From: Syntrophales bacterium
GTDB taxonomy: Bacteria > Desulfobacterota > Syntrophia > Syntrophales > UBA4778
Reading direction: 5' to 3'
Length of the DNA: 64,000 nt
NCBI GenBank assembly: GCA_041946925.1
Contig: JBHGBI010000007.1
Coordinates: 2,900 to 66,899 of the forward strand
Positions 11,401 through 18,091 of the stretch are shown piece after piece. The notes beneath the pieces are model-generated. The model made no database searches, had not been told where the DNA came from, and saw only the letters and a list, made by a program, of their open reading frames with translations. The translations under genes were made by a program, and so were the position numbers. How positions within the stretch are numbered: position 1 is the first letter of the stretch; every line of letters begins with the position of its first letter.

Positions 11401-12240
11401 TCAGGAAGACATTTCTTCGGCGCTGAGCGGCATGACCGCCGCTTTTTCAACACCCGCCGGCTCGCGGGTAAAAACGATCATGAAGGGGATATGTCCGCCC
11501 GGCAAGACCTTGTCATTTGAAAGTCCCCCCGGGGGATTGGACAGGATAAGCCTGATCTCCTCCTCGCTTAATCTGGCAAGCTGTTCATAAGGAATGAGAT
11601 TGCCGCAGTAGGATACCCGGGCGGTCAACAGCTCTTTCCGGGCATTGTACAGAAATCCTATGACCCTGATCTTACCGAGCGGAAGTGTTGTCACATTTAC
11701 CGCATTCCCCTCGATGATCCTGATACTGCCGAGAAAATCGTTACGTATTATATATTGTTTCATATCCGCCACTTTCAACTGAGCGGCGGCGGAAGTCGCC
11801 TGCTTCTGTTCACTTTCCAGGAATCGGTCAATAACGGGAATATTCGTCGCGATCCAATGGACGGTCTGATAGCCTGCTTCTGGATTTATCCATAGATATG
11901 CTTGAAGCGTAGCTGCAAATATAATGAACAGGATGCCGGACCTTTTCCAGCTTCCCCAAGCCATTTTCCTGGTCTCGCCTTGAGGAGGTTTTTCAATGGG
12001 AGTCTTCCTCTTTTCCGCCTTCTTTCCGGTTTCCCCCTCTATTGCGCCGGCAGATGCCGGGATCTCCGTTTTTTCTTTTCCGGAGTGAGTGACCGTCTCG
12101 GCCGTTTCTCCGGCGATCACGGAAACGGAATTTTTCTCCGGCGGTTCGGCCGGCTCCTCCGGAGAAGAGAATCTTGACAGGAAAATATCCAGCTCCTGCT
12201 TATCACGAAGTAAGTCGAATAATTCATTCTGAATGGTCAT
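11401..12240 (-). CDS. Membrane-anchored protein with DUF3426-like C-terminal beta domain
   Basis: 279 aa. It has an acidic/Pro-rich N-terminal region, one TM helix (ILFIIFAATLQAYLWI), then a beta-rich region (LGSIRIIEGNAVNVTTLPLGKIRVIGFLYN...) that resembles DUF3426. The gap to the upstream zinc-ribbon gene is 3 nt. Confidence 0.55.
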   Translation of the reverse strand: MTIQNELFDLLRDKQELDIFLSRFSSPEEPAEPPEKNSVSVIAGETAETVTHSGKEKTEIPASAGAIEGETGKKAEKRKTPIEKPPQGETRKMAWGSWKRSGILFIIFAATLQAYLWINPEAGYQTVHWIATNIPVIDRFLESEQKQATSAAAQLKVADMKQYIIRNDFLGSIRIIEGNAVNVTTLPLGKIRVIGFLYNARKELLTARVSYCGNLIPYEQLARLSEEEIRLILSNPPGGLSNDKVLPGGHIPFMIVFTREPAGVEKAAVMPLSAEEMSS

Positions 12241-12243
12241 TGT

Positions 12244-12474
12244 TCAACCTTCTTTGTTGCTCGGTATTGTGCCAGCAGCAGTTGCGATTCCATCTGAAAT
12301 TTCAGTCCCTCTGCTCTCATGGGTGGATGCCCGAACGGATGTCTGCAATTCAGTCCGGATGGTGTACTGGCATGTTTTGCATACGAACACGAGCATGAAT
12401 TCGAGTACTTTTCCGCCGATTTGTTCGATCTCAATAATGTATCTTTCCCCGCATTCCTCGCAGAAGATGATCAT
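12244..12474 (-). CDS. Zinc-ribbon protein (CxxC...CxxC)
   Basis: 76 aa, MIIFCEECGERYIIEIEQ...FVCKTCQYTI, with two CxxC knuckles. In many genomes this ribbon is fused N-terminally to DUF3426; here it is a separate ORF. Its start overlaps the upstream stop (ATGA, 12471-12474). Confidence 0.6.
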   Translation of the reverse strand: MIIFCEECGERYIIEIEQIGGKVLEFMLVFVCKTCQYTIRTELQTSVRASTHESRGTEISDGIATAAGTIPSNKEG

Positions 12475-13550
12475 GCCCGGCGTCTATCCTCGTTCCACGT
12501 CTGCAATTCGGCGCGAATAGCGCCGAACTCCTCACGAATCGCCTTCTTGATTTCGACAAGGGCATATGCGAGCGCCTCGTGTTGCGTCATTTCCCGGATC
12601 GCAGCCAGAGTGCTGTCCGCATCGGTTACGGATTCATTCATGACGGGAGCTTGGACGGCATCGCGAACCACCGCCTTCTTTTTCGGCAGAATGGCCGATT
12701 GGGCGATTTCAGCATCCCGGGCACCCGCCTGGACCTGCATTTCCGTTTCCGGCTTGAGCGGTAAGACTTCCTGTTCCGGCTTTGCCGCAGTCGCATTCAG
12801 GTCGACTTTATCCACCCATTCTTTATACCTGTCGATATTTTCAAGCAGAACCGCACGCCTCTCAGTCGCTTTCATATTGCGTGACAGTATAATGCGCTCG
12901 AGATCATCGTATATGGACATGAGTAGGAGAATAGACCCGGGGTCGGCATCGTTGCCCTTTACTCTGATATACCTGCCCAGAAAACGGAGGGTCAGGAGGA
13001 ATCCGATGGCGGTCTGGTCGTCTGAAAACACGGAGATTAACCGGGTGGTTTCATCGTCGAATTTCGCCAACGTTGCGGCGTCGATCTCCCATTCCAGCGA
13101 CAGAACAATGCTTTTCAAGTCCTTTATGGGAGAAAGAAGGACCGGCCTGGATGTGGTCAGCTCGCCGAAGATTTTTTCAAAACGATCCTCCTTTTCTTCC
13201 AGGGTATCAGCCGGGCGGGGCGCCTCTCTCACAGTTTCAATCCCGGCAAAAGAGACCTCCGGCGCGCCGCCTTCCTCGGAGCGGGAATCGAGTTGCATTT
13301 CTATTTCCCGGGCGCGAGGAGTCTCTTTGTCTGACGCTGTTGCCGCAACAGCGGGAGGAGTTGCATCAATGTCTATTTCAAGGCGCCCGTATTCGATTCC
13401 GGCGGAGATATCCTTCAGATGATCCTGCCCTGCGGATGATAATGAGACCTTCGGATGTGCAGTGTTCTCTTTATCTTCCCCGAAGAGGACATTTAGGCGG
13501 TTTTCTATTTCGCGAACGAATGGGGATTCTTTGTTCATTTCCGTTTTCAC
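12471..13550 (-). CDS. Hypothetical acidic protein, no recognisable family
   Basis: 359 aa. The GTG start overlaps the mglA-like stop (GTGA at 13547-13550). The N- and C-terminal parts are Glu/Asp/Ala/Pro-rich and low-complexity. The central core looks folded (LLSPIKDLKSIVLSLEWEIDAATLAKFDDETTRLISVF...LRFLGRYIRVKGNDADPGSILLLMSIYDDLERII). Coding status is supported by operon packing. Confidence 0.6.
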   Translation of the reverse strand: MKTEMNKESPFVREIENRLNVLFGEDKENTAHPKVSLSSAGQDHLKDISAGIEYGRLEIDIDATPPAVAATASDKETPRAREIEMQLDSRSEEGGAPEVSFAGIETVREAPRPADTLEEKEDRFEKIFGELTTSRPVLLSPIKDLKSIVLSLEWEIDAATLAKFDDETTRLISVFSDDQTAIGFLLTLRFLGRYIRVKGNDADPGSILLLMSIYDDLERIILSRNMKATERRAVLLENIDRYKEWVDKVDLNATAAKPEQEVLPLKPETEMQVQAGARDAEIAQSAILPKKKAVVRDAVQAPVMNESVTDADSTLAAIREMTQHEALAYALVEIKKAIREEFGAIRAELQTWNEDRRRA

Positions 13551-14155
13551 CTGTTCAGTTCTTCCTCCAGATAAGCCATTGTGGCCGCGATGATCTTTTT
13601 CAGGGTGGGAACTACATTATAGCCTTCGACGGCGCTGGCTTCGAAAGAAGGTGCTTTCAGACTGCTGTTGAGGTCTTTTTCCAGTATATTCACATCCAGT
13701 ATATCCATTCCCTGCTGCGCCAGATCTCTCTTATTGTATTGCATGACCAGGGGCATCTTGAAGATATCTTTCCTGTACAAGGCGAGGTTTTCCTGGAGAT
13801 TATTCAGAGAGTTAAGATTGGCATTCCTTCGCTCCACGGCCGAGTCCGCGACGAAAACAACGCCGTCCACACCCTTGAGGACCAGCCGCCTCGTGGAATT
13901 GTATTTAACCTGTCCGGGCACGGTATATAATTGTATTTTCACGTCGTATCCCTGAATTTTTCCTATATCGAACGGAAAAAAATCAAAGAAAAGAGTCCTG
14001 TCGCCGTCTGTTTTTACAGAAACCATTTCGGAATGGATCTGATTGCGGCACCTATTGTAAATGCACTCCAGATTGGTCGTCTTGCCGCACCTGCCTGGCC
14101 CGTAATAAACTATTTTCGCCTGTATGATCCTGTCTTTCAGGTTGATAAAAGCCAA
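13547..14155 (-). CDS. mglA: MglA-family Ras-like small GTPase
   Basis: It aligns by eye along its whole length to Myxococcus/Thermus MglA:
- (M)AFINLKDRIIQAKIVYYGPGRCGKTTNL
- DRTLFFDF (intrinsic Arg)
- LYTVPGQV (catalytic Gln)
- LKGVDGVVFVADS
- QYNKRDL

I prefer TTG 14155 as the start: GAGGTGG lies 7 nt upstream and it reproduces the MglA N-terminus. The longest ORF starts at ATG 14188. Confidence 0.9.
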   Translation of the reverse strand: MAFINLKDRIIQAKIVYYGPGRCGKTTNLECIYNRCRNQIHSEMVSVKTDGDRTLFFDFFPFDIGKIQGYDVKIQLYTVPGQVKYNSTRRLVLKGVDGVVFVADSAVERRNANLNSLNNLQENLALYRKDIFKMPLVMQYNKRDLAQQGMDILDVNILEKDLNSSLKAPSFEASAVEGYNVVPTLKKIIAATMAYLEEELNR

Positions 14156-14188
14156 AAGAACCACCTCTTCGATGAGGATGCTTTCCAT

Positions 14189-14584
14189 TCATTTGATTAC
14201 CAGGACCCCGAGCAGCTCATTGATGACCTCGGCTACCTTCAATCTGAGAAATCCCAGGGAAACCTGATTAGTGAAAATATTGATCAGTAGAAAATTGTTG
14301 TTGACTTTGCTCAGATGGATATTTTCCCTCTCTCCTTTGTGAAACAGAAGCGAGAATTCATCCTCTCCCAGGATCTTGGCCATGCTGCTCATGGCGCCGA
14401 AGTTGGCGGCGGCAAGGGCCGCCAGCGAATATACATCCCGTATGTCGCTTCCGTTATTGACTACGGCGATAATGTTTCCGGCTGTGTCGATCAGCATTGC
14501 GCTTTGGGCTCCGATGTCGATCAGGTTCTCCTTCAATGTGTGATGAATCCTGTCAAGTTGTCTCTGGCCCAGCATCAAGTTCAT
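14189..14584 (-). CDS. mglB: MglB-like Roadblock/LC7 protein (predicted GAP of MglA)
   Basis: 131 aa. The pattern AMLIDTAGNIIAVV...SLAALAAANFGAMSSMAKILGEDEF..LFHKGE...SLGFLRLKVAEVINEL parallels MglB (LASLTAGNVAAMGGLAKLIGENEF..FHEG...SLGLVRLRIKKA). It lies immediately 5' of mglA, as in Myxococcus. Confidence 0.85.
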   Translation of the reverse strand: MNLMLGQRQLDRIHHTLKENLIDIGAQSAMLIDTAGNIIAVVNNGSDIRDVYSLAALAAANFGAMSSMAKILGEDEFSLLFHKGERENIHLSKVNNNFLLINIFTNQVSLGFLRLKVAEVINELLGVLVIK

Positions 14585-14657
14585 TGTCTGTTCGCCCTTG
14601 TTTGTTCAAAAAGGATTGCCGGAAAATCGGAAATTCACGACGGCCATCTGGAGAGTA

Positions 14658-14840
14658 TCACGTATTCTTGTTTATGATGTCGTTTGCTACGGCTTTCAAC
14701 TTGCTGATGATCTCTTCCGTGTCCCTGAGCGCCATAGCCTCTTTCATGGAAATTCCCGTTTTGCTGGCGAGTTCCAATCTGCCTTTCAAGCCTGTCTGCT
14801 CCGTGACGATCTCAAATATGCGCACCAGTTTCTCCCCCAT
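14658..14840 (-). CDS. Small helical protein, paralogue 2 (60 aa), unknown family
   Basis: MGEKLVRIFEIVTEQTGLKGRLELASKTGISMKEAMALRDTEEII... By hand alignment, 38 of the first 45 residues are identical to the ORF at 15805-15999. It starts 14 nt after the PATAN gene stop. Confidence 0.65.
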   Translation of the reverse strand: MGEKLVRIFEIVTEQTGLKGRLELASKTGISMKEAMALRDTEEIISKLKAVANDIINKNT

Positions 14841-14854
14841 CGCTTTCTCCTCCT

Positions 14855-15751
14855 TTATTGAGCGGCTTCGTCAAACGACGAAAAATGATATTCGAAAGTC
14901 TTGATAAGCCGGGGCACAATTACATGTAAGAAGAGACCCAACTCCATCTTTTCCCTGCTGAATATAATGCCCCAATGGTAACGGCCGAAAAGCAGAGCAA
15001 TCAGGGCCAGGTTGCTTTTGAGATCCAGCAAATAGTATCGCCCGAGCGACTCGAAAGAGCCTCCCGGCAATATCCTCCGCAAAGAACCGGCCAGCTTATG
15101 AAAAAGACCCGCGGTTGCCTGTGCGCCATGGCAACCGGCCATGATTTTTCCGGCCGCTGCATCTATAATAGCTGTGCCTATCAGTGCCGGCCCCATGTCT
15201 CTTTCCAGGGTCGTCAGGCACTCTGTCCAATTCGTATTATGATAGCGATCCTGATATGAGGCCGCTCCCTCTTTGTCCGGTTCTATGGACGCAATTTTGT
15301 CTGTGTATTTTTCCCGGCTATCTTCGGACGGCTCTGCTTTGCCGGTGTCGTCAGCTTTCTTTTCATCAATGCGCTTGGAACTCTCCATCAGCAGCAGCAT
15401 GAGATTCTTGCTGATTCTTTTCGCGATGTTCGCGGTATCAGACAGGTGTCTTATATTAAACCTCGCATTCTCCCATGATATCATCTCCAGCGCGGCTTCT
15501 TCATTCTTCAGGACGCCGCATTCTGCACTGTAGAGAGATCCCGATATGAAATAGAAATGCCCCTCCCGATTATTTGTCGGGTTATAAACATCCAGCAGGC
15601 AGGTTTGTTGATCCATCGCGATAACCTGCAGGAAACTGCTCAGCGAAAAGCCGGCCAAAGGCCATCTGTATAGTCCTCTCCTGCCTGATCGAGCGGGAAA
15701 ATTCTCACCTTTGTTATCAACAATCAGTTTTATATTATTCGTCGCCGGCAT
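14855..15751 (-). CDS. PATAN (DUF4388) domain protein with C-terminal Roadblock-like domain
   Basis: 298 aa. The N-terminal part (LAGFSLSSFLQVIAMDQQTCLLDVYNP...GHFYFISGSLYSAECGVLKNEEAALEMISWENARFNI) fits the DUF4388/PATAN pattern. After an acidic linker, the C-terminal ~120 aa are homologous to the 123-aa ORF at 16009-16380 (LGRYYLLDLKSNLALIALLFGRYHWGIIFSREKMELGLFLHVIVPRLIKTFE vs LGKFYYLDLAGNKGILFLPFGDYQWGIAIDTQKAKLGLLLNVILPKIVNAFE). Confidence 0.75.
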   Translation of the reverse strand: MPATNNIKLIVDNKGENFPARSGRRGLYRWPLAGFSLSSFLQVIAMDQQTCLLDVYNPTNNREGHFYFISGSLYSAECGVLKNEEAALEMISWENARFNIRHLSDTANIAKRISKNLMLLLMESSKRIDEKKADDTGKAEPSEDSREKYTDKIASIEPDKEGAASYQDRYHNTNWTECLTTLERDMGPALIGTAIIDAAAGKIMAGCHGAQATAGLFHKLAGSLRRILPGGSFESLGRYYLLDLKSNLALIALLFGRYHWGIIFSREKMELGLFLHVIVPRLIKTFEYHFSSFDEAAQ

Positions 15752-15804
15752 TTTTGTTGTCCCTCTGTGGAAACGGGTTTAATCGGACTTTTCCCGTGAT
15801 GCTG

Positions 15805-15999
15805 TCATTTAAGCTTTCCTCTGTGATTTTCATAAACGTCTGTCGCCGCATATTTGAATTTATTCACCAGATCTTCCGTATCCTTGAGAGTCATCGCTTC
15901 TTTCATGGAAATTCCGGTCATGCTGGCGAGTTCCAGTCTTCCTTTCAACCCGGTCTGCTCTGTGACAATCTCAAATATGCGTAGCAGTTTCTCTCCCAT
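15805..15999 (-). CDS. Small helical protein, paralogue 1 (64 aa), unknown family
   Basis: MGEKLLRIFEIVTEQTGLKGRLELASMTGISMKEAMTLKDTEDLV... It is a paralogue of 14658-14840, with high nucleotide identity over the 5' ~130 nt. It starts 9 nt after the stop of the upstream Roadblock-like gene. Confidence 0.65.
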   Translation of the reverse strand: MGEKLLRIFEIVTEQTGLKGRLELASMTGISMKEAMTLKDTEDLVNKFKYAATDVYENHRGKLK

Positions 16000-16008
16000 T
16001 GCTTCTCC

Positions 16009-16380
16009 CTATGATACAATTGCATCTTCGAAGGCATTGACGATTTTGGGCAGAATAACATTCAACAGGAGCCCCAGTTTTGCTTTCTGGGTGTCGATGG
16101 CAATTCCCCACTGGTAGTCACCGAAAGGAAGAAACAAAATACCTTTATTTCCGGCAAGATCCAGATAGTAGAACTTTCCCAGCGGCGGATAGCCCTGAGA
16201 GAGCGCCTCTTGAATGGAGTTGGTCAATTCGCTGAACATTGTCGCCGCTCCGGGCTTCGAGTGTTCCGTCGCGATAAGTGTCTGCGCATCCGCCGTAGAG
16301 ACGATACTGGATGCGACAAGGCCTTCTCCAAGGTCCTTTTTCAAAATCTCCATACAATCATTGAGCTTTTGAATATTCAT
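16009..16380 (-). CDS. Roadblock/LC7-like protein (MglB/MglC-like paralogue), first gene of the operon
   Basis: 123 aa. The size and alternating pattern (LVASSIVSTADAQTLIATEH...MFSELTNSIQEAL...FYYLDLAGNKGILFLPFG...KLGLLLNVILPKIV) fit a Roadblock fold, including the ...LGL...-type last strand/helix seen in MglB. A strong SD (GAGGAGG) precedes the ATG. Confidence 0.55.
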   Translation of the reverse strand: MNIQKLNDCMEILKKDLGEGLVASSIVSTADAQTLIATEHSKPGAATMFSELTNSIQEALSQGYPPLGKFYYLDLAGNKGILFLPFGDYQWGIAIDTQKAKLGLLLNVILPKIVNAFEDAIVS

Positions 16381-16516
16381 ATACGCCTCCTCATTCGTGA
16401 TGGAATTCCACTATTTTTCCATATGTGTTTTCAACAGGTGATGATTTCAATATCGGCAAGCGCCGATCCGCACAATGTGATCACCGTCACATAAAATCTC
16501 GTATTTCGAACCCGAT

Positions 16517-16606
16517 TGATCTCGTAAAAAGTCTGAATTGTCACCCTGAGCTTGTCGAAGGGCTCAGCATGACACCATGCACTGATCCTTACTTTTTACG
16601 AGATCA
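16517..16606. repeat. 90-bp palindromic element (16-bp perfect terminal inverted repeats plus internal hairpin), REP/MITE-like
   Basis: TGATCTCGTAAAAAGT (16517-16532) is the exact reverse complement of ACTTTTTACGAGATCA (16591-16606). The interior contains a CTGAGC...GCTCAG hairpin (TGTCACCCTGAGCTTGTCGAAGGGCTCAGCATGACA). This motif translates to the PELVEG/LSLSKG pseudo-peptides that recur in intergenic repeats of many environmental bacteria (recalled, not searched). Confidence 0.5.
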
Positions 16607-16675
16607 TCAAATTTGCGATGCTCAAAAAATCTTGGGTTTAGAATTCGATCGGGGACGCGTTCCGGTCAGGATATG

Positions 16676-17956
16676 CTAAAAGGATAAAAGGTAGGACCTC
16701 AAGTTGGCTTTCCTGTTTTTCAAATTGAGTTTCTTTCTGATATTGTCCCGGTGAAAGTCGATAGTCCTGGCCGATGAGTTGGTCAACTTCGCTATCTCTT
16801 TGGTTGTACGCCCTTCCTTAATGAAATTGATTATCTGGATTTCTCTGGGGGTGAGATTGGGGTATTTCAGGGACAGGTTGCGAAGAAAAGGAGAGATAAC
16901 CTCGTTGACATTCGATTCGAGGATATTCAACTGGTTCAACTGATGGCTGTCGATCCGCGTCATCTTGAGCTTATCGATATACGGCAGGATGAGCTCCTTC
17001 ATATTATAGAGGACTTTTTCTTCCAGTTCGGCCCTGTCTTCTTCCCTGTGCTTGAGCAGGACTTTCAGGGCCATATTCGCTTCTTCAAGGTTGCGGGATT
17101 TTTCTTCCAGCTCGCGCTCTCTCCGTTTCAGCGCTTCCTCCATTCTCTTGCGCTCGGTGATGTTGCGCGCAATGCCCTGAATGGATACCGGAATCCCTTT
17201 TTCCCGCACGAGCCGGGTATTGACCTCCACCCAGACAGCCTCCCCCCCTTTTGTATATGTCAGGAGTTCCTGGGGATCGGAGTCTTCTTTGCCCTCGAGT
17301 TTCTTTTGTAAAATATTCCGGGCGGTGGGAAGGTGGTTCTTATCGACAAATTGATTTATATTGAGGCCCAGCATCTCTTCCGGAGAGTAACCATAAGTCT
17401 TTGCCGTGGAGGCATTGCACGACAGAACGTTCCCTTTGAAATCCAGAAAATATATCATGTCGTTGGCATTTTCAAAAAGCTCGCGGAACTTCTGCTCTGA
17501 CTGCCTCAGGGCTTCTTCAGCTTTCCTGCGCTCGGTCATATCCGTCACGATCTCGACTATTCCGGTAAGGAACCCTTCTTCATCCCGGACGGGATAGCTG
17601 CGCAGGACCCATATTTTTCCGTAGGATGAAAAATCGTCGACTTCGTGGGGCTCGCCGGTTTCCAGGGTCCTTTGTGCGGGGCAGATGCTGCACGCTTTAC
17701 TTCTGTTATGAAGCCCCGTATAGCAGTACCTTCCATCAAGCTCCCCGGGCTTGAGCCTGAATGCCTTGTGCATGGCCTCATTCGCCCAGATAACCCTCAA
17801 GTCTGTATCAAGGTAGAGCACGAGCTCGGACATGGCGTCCAGAATAACGGATTTCTCCTGCTCCGATTTGCTCAGCTTCTGGTATTTTCGCCTGATCTGC
17901 CGTTTGTTTTTTTCGGATTTCGACAGTCGCTGTTTAAGTTCAGCAGACTCTGCCAT
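16676..17956 (-). CDS. PAS-PAS-LuxR (HTH) transcriptional regulator
   Basis: 426 aa with an N-terminal coiled coil, two PAS-like domains (each followed by ...ERK(K/R)AEEAL) and a C-terminal LuxR/GerE HTH (LTPREIQIINFIKEGRTTKEIAKLTNSSARTIDFHRDNIRKKLNL). Confidence 0.85.
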   Translation of the reverse strand: MAESAELKQRLSKSEKNKRQIRRKYQKLSKSEQEKSVILDAMSELVLYLDTDLRVIWANEAMHKAFRLKPGELDGRYCYTGLHNRSKACSICPAQRTLETGEPHEVDDFSSYGKIWVLRSYPVRDEEGFLTGIVEIVTDMTERRKAEEALRQSEQKFRELFENANDMIYFLDFKGNVLSCNASTAKTYGYSPEEMLGLNINQFVDKNHLPTARNILQKKLEGKEDSDPQELLTYTKGGEAVWVEVNTRLVREKGIPVSIQGIARNITERKRMEEALKRRERELEEKSRNLEEANMALKVLLKHREEDRAELEEKVLYNMKELILPYIDKLKMTRIDSHQLNQLNILESNVNEVISPFLRNLSLKYPNLTPREIQIINFIKEGRTTKEIAKLTNSSARTIDFHRDNIRKKLNLKNRKANLRSYLLSF

Positions 17957-18091
17957 GGCCTTTCCTCAATAACCGTCATCGGCGTTTTGGGGTGCCCATT
18001 TATATACCAAATACAGGGAAACGAATTCCAGACAATTTCTAAAAAGAACCGGATGGGCTGCCGCTCCTGGAGGAATATTTCGCGGAGGAGC

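Noticed and set aside
12319-13422. A 367-aa plus-strand ORF opposite the 359-aa unknown gene.
   Set aside because: It is Ser/Ala/Arg-rich and has no SD. It would break the otherwise continuous, translationally coupled minus-strand operon, so the minus-strand reading is preferred.
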